Shown piece after piece: positions 10,217 to 21,423 of a stretch of DNA of 64,000 nucleotides. Below the pieces are notes generated by a model. It did not search any database. It saw only the letters and a list, made by a program, of their open reading frames with translations, and was not told the origin of the DNA. The translations under genes and the position numbers were made by a program. Position 1 is the stretch's first letter. Each line of letters starts with the position of its first letter. The DNA comes from an uncultured delta proteobacterium (GTDB lineage: Bacteria; Desulfobacterota; Binatia; JACPRU01): positions 224,001-288,000 of the forward strand of contig CAVUWD010000019.1 of assembly GCA_963745025.1 (NCBI GenBank), in the 5' to 3' direction.

Positions 10217-11394
10217 CCGCAGCGGCCACTACGGAGAGTTCGGCGGGCGCTACGTGTCGGAAACGCTGATGCCCGCGCTCCTCGAACTCGAGGCGGCATA
10301 TCGGGAGTCGCGGCGCGATGCGGGCTTCCAGGCCGAGGTGCGCGAGCGTTTGCGTCACTACGTCGGCCGCCCGACGCCGCTCTACTTCGCCGAGAATCTG
10401 ACGCTGCGGCTTGCCGGCGGGCGGATCTACCTGAAGCGCGAAGACCTCTGTCACACCGGCGCGCACAAGATCAATAACACGATCGGCCAGGGTCTACTGG
10501 CCCGGCGGATGGGCAAGCGGCGAATCATTGCCGAGACCGGCGCGGGCCAGCACGGCGTCGCGACCGCGACCGTGGCCGCGCTGCTTGGAATGGACTGCGA
10601 GATCTTCATGGGCAGGGAAGACGTCCACCGGCAGTCGCTCAACGTCTTCCGCATGAAGCTGCTCGGCGCGAGGGTGCGCGTCGTCGAGTCCGGAACCCAG
10701 ACGCTCAAGGACGCGATGAACGAAGCGCTCCGCGATTGGATCGCGACCGTCGAGACGACGTTCTACTGTATCGGCTCGGTGGCCGGCCCGCACCCCTATC
10801 CGCAGATCGTTCGTGACTTCCAATCGGTGATCGGGCGAGGAGTCGCGCCGGCAGATCCTGCGCGCGGCTGGGCGGTTGCCCGACGCGCTGGTCGCCTGCG
10901 TCGGCGGCGGCAGCAACGCGATCGGACTCTTCCATCCTTTTCTCGACGAGGCCACGGTGACGATGTACGGTGTCGAGGCGGCCGGTCGCGGTCTCGACAG
11001 CGGCCAGCACGCGGCGACGCTCGCGCGCGGTCAGATCGGCGTCCTGCACGGCAACAAGACCTACCTCCTGCAAGACGAACTCGGTCAGATCCGCCCGACG
11101 CACTCCATCTCCGCCGGGCTCGACTACCCGGGCGTCGGACCCGAGCACAGCTACTTGAGGGATACGGGACGCGTGGAGTACGTCGTGGCCACGGACGAGG
11201 AGGCGATCGCGGCGCTGCAGCTCTTGACCGAGACCGAGGGAATCATTCCGGCGCTCGAGAGCGCGCATGCGGTGGCGTTCGCCGCCCGCCTCGCTCCCAA
11301 GCTCGACAAGGACAAGATCGTGATCGTCAATCTCTCCGGCCGGGGCGACAAGGACATGGCGACCGTCGCGGATCACCTCGGGGTGACGCTGTGA
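10209..11394 (+). CDS. trpB: Tryptophan synthase beta chain, split by one +1 frameshift near 10833-10835
   Basis: [15 protein letters not shown] and AETGAGQHG in the first frame; [21 protein letters not shown] and NLSGRGDKD in the second; removing one G from GGG restores [10 protein letters not shown]. Confidence 0.93.
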
Positions 11395-11400
11395 AGGGAA

Positions 11401-11478
11401 GGTTACGGGCTACCGACCACCCGCTGCCGGCAAAGACATCACGGAATGTCTTGCGCAAGCCGGACGCCGGTAGACGGT
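11401..11478. repeat. Heptamer-array hairpin between trpB and trpA
   Basis: GGTTACGGGCTACCG... left arm, loop AAAGACATCACGGAATGTCTT similar to that of the 6939 element, right arm ...GCCGGTAGACGG. Confidence 0.6.
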
Positions 11479-11483
11479 TCTCG

Positions 11484-12311
11484 ATGTCGCGCATCGCAGA
11501 AAAATTCGCCGAGCTCCGCTCGCGCGGAGAGGCGGGATTCATTCCGTTTCTGACCTTCGGCGATCCGGAGGCCGAGTTGACCGTTCCGCTCCTCGAAGCG
11601 CTCGACCGCGCCGGCGCCGATCTCATCGAGATCGGGGTGCCGTTCAGCGATCCGATGGCCGACGGGCCGGTACTGCAACGCGCGGCCGAGCGCGCGCTCG
11701 CGGGCGGCGCCTCGCTGCGCGGCTGCCTCGATGCGGTCGTCGAGTTCCGCCGCGGATCCGACGTGCCGATCATCTTGTTCGGGTACTACAATCCGATCTT
11801 CCGTTACGGCCTCGAGCGATTCGCGGCCGACGCCCGGACGGCCGGGGTCGACGGGGTTCTCTGCGTCGATTTGCCGCCCGAGGAGTCCGTCGATCTCGAT
11901 CGCCTGGCCCGCGCTCAGGGACTCGACGTCATCTATCTACTCGCCCCGACGAGCACGCTCGGTCGCATGCGCAAGGTGCTCTCACGCGCTCGTGGCTTCG
12001 TCTACTTCGTCTCGGTTGCCGGTGTGACGGGAGCCCGCGCCGCGCTGCCGCAGAATCTCGAGACGCTCATTCGCTCGGTCAAGCGGTTGACGTCGATGCC
12101 GATCGGCGTCGGCTTCGGCATTTCCACCCCGGAGCAGGCCGCCCGCGTGGCGACCTTCGCGGACGCGGTGATCGTCGGCAGCGCGATCGCTCGCGTGGTC
12201 GAAGAGTGCCCGCCGGACGGGGATCTGGTCGGCGAGGTCGAAGCGTTCGCCGGGTCGCTGGCCGCGGCCGTGCGCGGTGCGCGAATCTACGGTGCGGAGG
12301 GTCGGCGATGA
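11484..12311 (+). CDS. trpA: Tryptophan synthase alpha chain
   Basis: [46 protein letters not shown]. Confidence 0.96.
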   Translation: MSRIAEKFAELRSRGEAGFIPFLTFGDPEAELTVPLLEALDRAGADLIEIGVPFSDPMADGPVLQRAAERALAGGASLRGCLDAVVEFRRGSDVPIILFGYYNPIFRYGLERFAADARTAGVDGVLCVDLPPEESVDLDRLARAQGLDVIYLLAPTSTLGRMRKVLSRARGFVYFVSVAGVTGARAALPQNLETLIRSVKRLTSMPIGVGFGISTPEQAARVATFADAVIVGSAIARVVEECPPDGDLVGEVEAFAGSLAAAVRGARIYGAEGRR

Positions 12312-13132
12312 GCCCGCAGGCCAGGAAATCCCGATCCGCCGGCGCGGCGCCTGCGGATCATCCCTGGGTGAAGTGTCCGGGCTGCCAGGAGATCCTGTTT
12401 CGCAAAGAGATCGAGCGCAAGCTTAACGTGTGCCCGAAGTGCGGTCACCACTTGCGCCTGACCGTCGACCAGCGCCTCGTGCTGCTCGCCGATCGGGGCT
12501 CCTTCGAAGAGACCGACGCCGCGATGGCGGCGGCCGACCCGCTCGGCTTTCACGACTCGATGCCCTACCCGCAGCGCATCGGCGATGCCAGAGCGCGCAC
12601 CGGCAAGAACGAAGCGCTGCTCACCGGCTTCTGTACGATCGGGGGACAGCGGATCGCGCTGGCGCTGTTCGACTTCGGCTTTCTCGGTGGCAGCATGGGC
12701 TCGGTGGTGGGTGAGAAGCTCACACGCCTAGCGGAGCGGGCGCTCGCCGAGCGGGTTCCGCTCGTGGTGGTCGCAGCATCGGGCGGCGCGCGGATGCAGG
12801 AAGGGATTCTCTCGCTGATGCAAATGGCCAAGGTGAGCGCCGTGCTGGGGCGTCTGCGCGACCAGGGTGTGCCGTACGTCTCCGTCCTCACCGATCCGAC
12901 CACCGGTGGCGTAGCTGCCTCGCTGGCGATGCTCGGTGATCTCAACGTCGCCGAACCCGGCGCGCTGATCGGTTTCGCCGGTCCGCGGGTGATCGAGCAA
13001 ACGATCGGCCACACGCTCCCCGAAGGGTTCCAGACCTCCGAGTTCTTGCTCGCGCACGGTATGGTCGATCTGGTGGTGGAGCGGCGCGCGTTGAAGGCGA
13101 CGCTGGCGAAGATCCTTTCGTGGATGACCTAA
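12308..13132 (+). CDS. accD: Acetyl-CoA carboxylase carboxyltransferase beta subunit
   Basis: WVKCPGC...VCPKC zinc finger, [37 protein letters not shown]. Confidence 0.96.
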   Translation: MSPQARKSRSAGAAPADHPWVKCPGCQEILFRKEIERKLNVCPKCGHHLRLTVDQRLVLLADRGSFEETDAAMAAADPLGFHDSMPYPQRIGDARARTGKNEALLTGFCTIGGQRIALALFDFGFLGGSMGSVVGEKLTRLAERALAERVPLVVVAASGGARMQEGILSLMQMAKVSAVLGRLRDQGVPYVSVLTDPTTGGVAASLAMLGDLNVAEPGALIGFAGPRVIEQTIGHTLPEGFQTSEFLLAHGMVDLVVERRALKATLAKILSWMT

Positions 13133-13138
13133 AGAAGA

Positions 13139-13202
13139 CGGCTGCCGGACACCGGCTACCGCAGAAGACACCGCGATGCCGGTAGACGGTAGCCGGTAGC
13201 CG
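13139..13202. repeat. Heptamer-array hairpin between accD and folC
   Basis: CGGCTGCCGGACACCGGCTACCG ... CGGTAGACGGTAGCCGGTAGCCG. Confidence 0.75.
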
Positions 13203-13209
13203 ATCGCGA

Positions 13210-14481
13210 ATGACCTACGCAGAGACCCTCTCGTGGCTTTACCGCCTGGAGGTGAGCCGCGGTTGGGACTTGAAGCTCGAATCGGTGCGGGCGGCGCTCG
13301 AGAGGCTAGGCTCGCCGGAGCGAAAATTCCCTTCGCTTCACGTCGCGGGCACCAACGGCAAAGGCTCGACCGCGGCGATCGCACACGCGGTGCTCTCGCG
13401 ACATGGACTTCGCGCCGGCCTCTTCACCTCGCCGCATCTCAGCGATTTTCGCGAGCGGGTCCGAGTCGGCGACGAATGGATCCCCGAGGCCGGGGTGGTC
13501 GAGCTCGTGGAGGAGATTCGCGAGCGGCTCTTCGAATCGGGCGTGGAGCTCACGTTCTTCGAGCTGATCACGGTCCTGGCGTTCCTTTACTTCGCTCGGG
13601 CTCGGGTCGATGCGGCGGTGGTCGAAGTCGGGCTCGGCGGCCGTCTCGACGCCACCAACGTGCTCATGCCGCGCGCGACGGCCGTGACCACGATCGGCTT
13701 CGACCACGAGCGCTACCTCGGCACGACGATCGCTTCGATCGCCGCCGAAAAGGCGGGGATCTTCAAGCCTGGCGTCCCGGCGATCGTCGGCCGCATGGAT
13801 CGCGAAGCGGAGGCGGTGCTCGCGCGCATCGCCGCGACACAGCCATGCCCGTATCATCTCTACGGCCGTGAGTTCCGCGCGGAGATTGCGGCGGCGGGAT
13901 TCGACTACCACGGGCGGCGCACGATCCGTGATCTCCGCCCGGCGCTCGCCGGCCGCTTCCAGGTCGACAATGCGGCGGTCGCGCTGGCAGCGCTCGAGGA
14001 AGGGGGATGGCTCGAGGGGATCGCCGAAGAGACGATCCGCACGGCAGTCGGAACCGTGCGCTGGCCGGGCCGCCTCGAGGTGATCCGCGAGCGGCCACGC
14101 GTCGTCCTCGACGGCGCGCACAATCCGGCGGGCGTTGCTGCCCTGGTCCGCGAGCTGCCGAGGCTTGCAGGCGGCCGGCCCGTGCATCTCGTGTTCGGCG
14201 TGCTCGCCGACAAGCGCTGGTCGGAGATGGTCGAACGGCTGGCCCCAGCCGTGGTCGACGTCGCCGTCGTTCCGGTGGTCGAGCGGCGCTCGGAGAGTCC
14301 CGCACGCGTGGGGGAGCTCTTTCGTCGGTTCGTGCCGACCCGGATCGAGCGCAGCGCGACGACAGCCATCGAACGGCTGCTCGAGGATCCGGGCAATCGT
14401 GACGACGTCATCCTCGTCGCCGGATCGCTCTTCTTGGTCGGCGAGGCGCGTGCCCATCTCGAGGCGCCCGTAACCGCCTAA
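13210..14481 (+). CDS. folC: Bifunctional folylpolyglutamate synthase/dihydrofolate synthase
   Basis: HVAGTNGKGS, FTSPHL, EVGLGGRLDATN, WPGRLE, LDGAHN, GSLFLVG. Confidence 0.96.
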   Translation: MTYAETLSWLYRLEVSRGWDLKLESVRAALERLGSPERKFPSLHVAGTNGKGSTAAIAHAVLSRHGLRAGLFTSPHLSDFRERVRVGDEWIPEAGVVELVEEIRERLFESGVELTFFELITVLAFLYFARARVDAAVVEVGLGGRLDATNVLMPRATAVTTIGFDHERYLGTTIASIAAEKAGIFKPGVPAIVGRMDREAEAVLARIAATQPCPYHLYGREFRAEIAAAGFDYHGRRTIRDLRPALAGRFQVDNAAVALAALEEGGWLEGIAEETIRTAVGTVRWPGRLEVIRERPRVVLDGAHNPAGVAALVRELPRLAGGRPVHLVFGVLADKRWSEMVERLAPAVVDVAVVPVVERRSESPARVGELFRRFVPTRIERSATTAIERLLEDPGNRDDVILVAGSLFLVGEARAHLEAPVTA

Positions 14482-14789
14482 CCTCGATCCAAAATTCGCG
14501 CGGGTGGCGTCGGCGTCGGGCACCCGCGCCGCGCGCAGCGAGTGCGGGGCGAAGTCCGGAGGCTACTCCAGCGGCATGCCCCTCGATGGGAGATGAGTCG
14601 CAACCGACGCGAGCGACCGGAAGGACCCCGGAGCGGCTAGGAGGGGCGCCCAGCGAGCACGGCGCGGGCTGCGCCGACGGCAGGACCCGGGCAAATTTCC
14701 GATCGACGGCGCATCACGGCAAATTCGCAGCGGGGCCAACTTCCCTTCGCCCCGATCTTCGTGGTACGACGCGCCCGCGTCGTCGGGGG

Positions 14790-17700
14790 ATGATGAGGGC
14801 AGTTCGGACACTTGTGCTGATCGTAACGCTCGCGCTTGCCGCGACGTGGCTTCCGACCTCGGCAGAGGGAGGCAGCGAGCGCTCCCCGTTCGGTGACCTG
14901 CGGGTGCGCTCCCAAACCGATGCGACCGAGATCTCGCTCGAGATTCCGAAGGCGATCGTCGAGCAAGACAGAACGCAAAGGCGCCCGGGTTTGTCGCCGT
15001 TGGGTCAGCCCGCTCGCGTGACGCAGCGGCCCGAGCGGACCACGACGCCGGGGGTGGCCGCAAAGCCGGAAGCGATCGAAACCCCCGAGCCGATGCCCAC
15101 GCCGCCAGCCGAGGCGACACCTGCCGCGGGCGCGGTCCGGCCCAAGTCGACGCCCAAGCCAGAGCTTCGTCCGGGCGCTGTGACGGTGAACGAGATCCAT
15201 CTCTTCTTCCCCGGTGTGACGATTCCACGGGCGCGACTGATCACGATCGACGATCATGTCGTCCAAGAGGCGCGGCTCTTTCCCGACGAAGGCGGCGTCA
15301 GCATGACGGTCGTGGCCCGGCGGCCGATCTATTACGTGGTATCGCGCGACGGTGGCGAGCTGCACATCCGCGTCGAGCCGGGTACGCTCCTCGCCGCGGA
15401 GCCGACGGGACCCGTCGTCGTGCGAGCCCCGGAGGTGACGGGCGGGGTGAAGGCACCGAAAGCCCGTGGGCCCAGGGGCGAATCGGCCTCTCCGATCCAA
15501 GGCGAGCAGCTGATGCCGAAGGTCTCGATGCCGGCGCTCCGCAAGGGAGAGGGGCTCACCGTCGATGCAGAGCATCTCAGTACGGACGAGGAAAAGAACG
15601 AGCTCGTCGCCCAAGGGCACGTGACGATCGCGCGTGCCGGCTCACTGCTCACCGCCGACGAGGTGCGCATCAACCGCGACACACAGCGAGCGGAAGCGAA
15701 GGGCAACGTTCAGTTCACCGACCCGCAGGGAACGATTCAAGCCAGTGGCTTCGCCGGCAATCTGGAGGACGAGACCGGCGAACTGACCGACGGCACCGTC
15801 TACTTGAGCTCGAATCACCTCACGATCTCAGGCGAGAAGATCGAGAAGTCGTTTGGCCAGACGTATCACATCGAGAACGGGGAGTTCACGACGTGCCAGT
15901 GCGGCGCGGGAGCGCCGAGTTGGTCGATCGCCGGCAAATCGGTGGACATCACCCTCGACGGCTACGGGCTCGTCGACCGGCCGAAGCTCAAGGTGCTGGA
16001 CACCCCGATCCTCTATCTTCCCTACTTCAGCTTCCCGGCCAAGAAGACGCGTCAGACCGGCCTGCTCTCGCCGCTCTACGGCTACTCGAAGAAGCGGGGC
16101 TTCACGTACCTGCAACCCATCTACGTGGCGCTCAACAAGAGCGTAGACTTCACCGTGGCCCCGGACATCGCGACCTCCGCGCGTCTGGGCGTCATCGGCG
16201 AGGTTCGCTACGCAATCGACGAGCGCTCCAAGGGCATCGTCGACGTCTCGTACTTCAACGAGTTCCTTCGCAACAACGCGAACCAGGACGTCGTCGATAC
16301 GAGCGTCGCCAACCCGACGATTCCGCAGAACCGCTGGAGCGTCACGGCAGACATTCGTCAGGACCTGCCGTTCGAACTGCGCGGCTTCGTCGATGCCCTG
16401 GCGGTCTCCGACGACTTCTTCCTGCGCGAGATCCCGACAGCCTCGTTCGATCCGGAATATGCGCGATCGCTGCGCACTAGCCTCTTCGATACGACGCGCG
16501 GCGGGCTCTACCGCTACTGGGACCACGCCACGCTGATCACCCAAGTCCAGTATTTCCAGGACTTCGTCCAGCCGCAGGACCAGACGTTTCAGAAGTTTCC
16601 GCAGCTACAGTTCTTCACCTCGGATCGCTTCCTCGATCGTCATCTGAAGCTCGGCATGGTCGACGACTTCACCAATTTCGTGCGCAAGCAGGGCTTCGAC
16701 GGGCCACGGCTCGACCTCAACCCTCAAGCCGAGGTGCCGTTCCGCTGGAAGGAGTATTTGAACGGCAGCATCGGCCTCCAGGGGCGCGAGACCGCCTATC
16801 ACATGAACAACACGGATCTGCTGCTGCCGGCCACGACCCCGACCCCGGGGTCGAGCGGCGGGCCGACGCCGGCGCCGACACCGCTCGGAAAGAATCCGAC
16901 CCGCGAGCTCTACGCGGCGTCCGCGACGCTCGGCACGCAACTCTCTCGTACCTTCGACATCGGCGGCGAGCACCTCCAGAAGCTCAAGCACACGATCGAG
17001 CCCGAAGTGGACTACCTCTACATTCCGGACGTCAACCAGAACGATCTCCCGACCTACGACTTCGTCGACAAGATCGACCGCCGGAACCTCATCACCTACG
17101 GGTTCACGAGCCGTCTGCTCGCCAAGCTCGACCGTGCCCCGCCGGTCGACACGCGACGGCCGCTGTCCTACGGCGATCTCAATTCATTCAGCGGTGTGAC
17201 GCCCTCACCGTTCGGTGACGAGGACCAGCGCGGCGGGCTCGCCGCGCTCGGAAACCCGAGCCTGTCCGGGCCGACCCCGAGCGGGATCGGCGTCGACACG
17301 GAGGAGACGCAGAAGGAGGGCGTCGAGGGGATGCCCACGACCGACCAGAACCAGAGCGCCGAGGAGCGCGCGGCTCAGCGCGCCGAGGAGAAGTCGGCGG
17401 TCTCGAACGTCGTCGAATGGGCCCGACTGCAGATCTTCCAGAGCTACGACATCCGCGACAGCCTGCAGTCGTCGACGGGGCCCGACGCGAACGATCACTT
17501 CTCCGACGTCGACGTCCACATGCGGCTGCGTCCACACGAGGCGTTCGACTTGATCTACGATTCCACCGTCAACGCCCGAGATGCCCGCTTGACGTCCGCC
17601 AACGTCGGCGTGGTGCTGCGCGATCCGCGGGAGCGGTCCACGGAGGGTTTCCTCCGCTCCGCGGGGCGCGCGTCGCTCGGCGTGTCGTACCGCTTCATCT

Positions 17701-17954
17701 CGGACCAGACGTTGCAGGAAGTGGACGGCGGGATCGTGGTGCCGCTGGCGGACACGCTGTCCACCTTCTATCAGACCCGCTACGACGCGCTCGCAGGAAT
17801 CTTCCTCGAGAAGACCGGCGGCTTTCGCCTGACGTCTCAGTGTCAGTGCTGGATCGCCGACCTGTCGGTAACCGATCTCATCAATCCTCCGGAAACCCAG
17901 CTTCGCTTCCAGGTGACGCTCGTCGGGCTCGGGTCGATCGGCCGCACCCGTTGA
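14790..17954 (+). CDS. lptD: LPS-assembly protein LptD with long N-terminal extension
   Basis: Signal peptide, OstA-like beta-jellyroll (LTADEVRIN...AEAKGNV), FTTC..C, P.LYLPYFSFP...RQTGLL, KHTIEP, C-terminal SQCQCW...FQVTLVGLG; follows folC. Confidence 0.88.
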   Translation: MMRAVRTLVLIVTLALAATWLPTSAEGGSERSPFGDLRVRSQTDATEISLEIPKAIVEQDRTQRRPGLSPLGQPARVTQRPERTTTPGVAAKPEAIETPEPMPTPPAEATPAAGAVRPKSTPKPELRPGAVTVNEIHLFFPGVTIPRARLITIDDHVVQEARLFPDEGGVSMTVVARRPIYYVVSRDGGELHIRVEPGTLLAAEPTGPVVVRAPEVTGGVKAPKARGPRGESASPIQGEQLMPKVSMPALRKGEGLTVDAEHLSTDEEKNELVAQGHVTIARAGSLLTADEVRINRDTQRAEAKGNVQFTDPQGTIQASGFAGNLEDETGELTDGTVYLSSNHLTISGEKIEKSFGQTYHIENGEFTTCQCGAGAPSWSIAGKSVDITLDGYGLVDRPKLKVLDTPILYLPYFSFPAKKTRQTGLLSPLYGYSKKRGFTYLQPIYVALNKSVDFTVAPDIATSARLGVIGEVRYAIDERSKGIVDVSYFNEFLRNNANQDVVDTSVANPTIPQNRWSVTADIRQDLPFELRGFVDALAVSDDFFLREIPTASFDPEYARSLRTSLFDTTRGGLYRYWDHATLITQVQYFQDFVQPQDQTFQKFPQLQFFTSDRFLDRHLKLGMVDDFTNFVRKQGFDGPRLDLNPQAEVPFRWKEYLNGSIGLQGRETAYHMNNTDLLLPATTPTPGSSGGPTPAPTPLGKNPTRELYAASATLGTQLSRTFDIGGEHLQKLKHTIEPEVDYLYIPDVNQNDLPTYDFVDKIDRRNLITYGFTSRLLAKLDRAPPVDTRRPLSYGDLNSFSGVTPSPFGDEDQRGGLAALGNPSLSGPTPSGIGVDTEETQKEGVEGMPTTDQNQSAEERAAQRAEEKSAVSNVVEWARLQIFQSYDIRDSLQSSTGPDANDHFSDVDVHMRLRPHEAFDLIYDSTVNARDARLTSANVGVVLRDPRERSTEGFLRSAGRASLGVSYRFISDQTLQEVDGGIVVPLADTLSTFYQTRYDALAGIFLEKTGGFRLTSQCQCWIADLSVTDLINPPETQLRFQVTLVGLGSIGRTR

Positions 17955-18683
17955 TGAAGGGCGTCGTTCTCGCCGGCGGCCTCGGCACCCGGCTCGATCC
18001 GCTGACGCGGGTGACGAACAAGCACTTGCTGCCGGTCTACGACCGGCCGATGATCTTCTATCCGCTGTGGACGCTGATCAACGCGGGGATCGAGGAGATC
18101 CTCATCGTCACCGGCGGCAGCAACGCGGGAGATTTTCTCCGACTGCTCGGCAATGGCGCGGAGTTCGGCCTCAAGCACTTGAACTACACGTACCAGCAAG
18201 GAGAGGGCGGCATCGCCGCGGCACTGTCGCTCGCGGAGCATTTCGCCGAGGGCGAAAAGGTCTGCGTGATCCTCGGCGACAACATCATCGAGCGCAACAT
18301 CCAGCGCGCCGCCGCCGCCTTTCGCAGTCAAGCGCGCGGCGCGAAGATCCTGCTCAAGCGGGTGCCGGACCCGCAGCGCTTCGGGGTGGCGGTGCTACGC
18401 GGCAAGACGCGTCGAGCGAATCGTCGAGAAGCCGCGCCGGCCGCCGAGTCGCTACGCGGTGACGGGCATCTATTTCTTCGATGGCGCGGTGTTCGACTAC
18501 GTGCGCGATTTGAAGCCATCGAAGCGGGGCGAGCTCGAGATCACCGACGTGAACAATCGGTACATCGCAGCGGGCACGATGACGTACGAGATACTTCGCG
18601 GCTGGTGGACCGACGCGGGGACGTTCGAGTCACTGCACCGTGCCAGCCGCCTGGTTGCGCGCGGAGGGGCGAATAAGATGTAG
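17954..18683 (+). CDS. rmlA: Glucose-1-phosphate thymidylyltransferase (short form), one +1 frameshift near 18406
   Basis: MKGVVLAGGLGTRLDPLT..NKHLLPVYDRPMI; after the shift RIVEKP...AVTGIYFFD, KPSKRGELEITDVN, WTDAGT. Confidence 0.88.
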
Positions 18684-18685
18684 GG

Positions 18686-18794
18686 GATGGGACGTTCCTG
18701 ACCTTCGTAACCTTCGTCGCGTCCTTGTCCTCAGTGCTCCATTTCATGAATACGGTGACGTATTCTGTGCCATTGCGACGCGGAACGTCCCATC
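18686..18794. repeat. 109-bp element bounded by perfect 13-bp inverted repeats
   Basis: GATGGGACGTTCC (18686-18698) and GGAACGTCCCATC (18782-18794); interior more AT-rich than the flanks. Confidence 0.75.
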
Positions 18795-18842
18795 GGGGCG
18801 GTGGAACCGCCGCATGTTTTCTGACATCTTTGCCCCCGCCGC

Positions 18843-18986
18843 ATGATCCGCGACGTCCACGTCAGGAAGCTCGCCGTCCACAACGATGACCGAGGCACGT
18901 TGATGGAGGTGCTGCGCGCCGAGGCCCTCCTCTTCGAGAGCACCACCTGGGCCATTCCCGTCGACGAAGAACCGATCGAAGCATGA
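18843..18986 (+). pseudogene. rmlC: Truncated RmlC-like (dTDP-4-dehydrorhamnose 3,5-epimerase) remnant, 47 aa
   Basis: MIRDVHVRKLAVHNDDRGTLMEVLR carries the RmlC N-terminal DxRG motif; lies between rmlA and rmlB and overlaps the rmlB start (ATGA). Confidence 0.7.
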
Positions 18987-19992
18987 AGCTCTGCGTGACG
19001 GGTGGAGCGGGCTTCATCGGCTCGAATTTCGTGCGCTACATGCTCGGTCGCCATGCCGACGTTCAGGTGACGACCCTCGATTGGCTGACGTATGCCGGAA
19101 ACCTCGCAAACCTCGAGTCGGTGCGCGACGATCCGCGCCATCGGTTCGTGCGCGCCGACGTCGCCGATCCCGCGGCCGTCGACGACGCGCTCGACGAGGG
19201 TGTCGACGCGATCGTTCATTTCGCCGCCGAGAGTCACGTCGATCGCTCGATCGGCGATGCCGCCCCGTTCCTTCGCACCAACGTGGCGGGGACCGGCGCG
19301 CTGCTCGAAGCCGCCCGTCGGCGTGGGGTGGCCCGCTTCCTGCACGTCTCCACCGACGAGGTTTACGGCAGCCTCGGGCCCGACGACCGCGCGACGGAGG
19401 ATGCCCCGCTGCGCCCGACGAGCCCGTATGCGGCCAGCAAGGCGGCGTCGGATCTGCTCGCGCTCTCCTACGCGCGGACCTATGGTCTCGACGTCGTCGT
19501 CACGCGTTGCTCGAACAACTTCGGTCCGTTCCAATTTCCCGAGAAGATGATTCCACTGTTCATCACCAACGCGATGGCGGACCAGGCGTTGCCGCTATAT
19601 GGTGACGGCGGAAACGTTCGCGATTGGATCTACGTCGAAGATCACTGCGCGGCGCTCGACCGCGCGCTCGTTCGCGGACGCAGCGGAGAAGTCTACAACA
19701 TCGGCGCGGGAAACGAGTGGACGAACCGCGCGCTCACCGACGAGATTCTTCGCCGCCTCGGCAAGTCGAGCGACCTGGTGCGCTCCGTGGCGGACCGTCC
19801 TGCGCACGACCGCCGCTACGCGCTCGATTCGACGAAATTCCAGCGCGAAACCGGCTGGGCTCCTGCGCACGCGTTTTCGGCGGCGCTCGACCGCACGATC
19901 GACTGGTACCGGCAGAACGAACACTGGTGGCGGACGATCAAGAACGGAGAGTACCAACGCTTCTATCAACTCTGGTATGGAGAGCGCCTGAA

Positions 19993-19996
<4 letters not shown>
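18983..19996 (+). CDS. rmlB: dTDP-glucose 4,6-dehydratase
   Basis: VTGGAGFIGSNF, HFAAESHVDRSI, VSTDEVYG, PYAASK, RCSNNFGP, DRPAHDRRY. Confidence 0.95.
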
Positions 19997-21404
<1,408 letters not shown>

Positions 21405-21423
21405 GCGGTGGGCCCGACGAAGA

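Noticed and set aside
10200-12311. TrpB-TrpA fusion protein
   Set aside because: Explained by one extra G in trpB; the missing TrpB half is intact in another frame.
14540-14760. RNase P RNA or 6S RNA (GAAGTCCGG resembles GAAAGTCCGG)
   Set aside because: The GAGGAAAGTCC context and the 3' conserved P4 strand are absent; the region is too short for RNase P and lacks 6S synteny.
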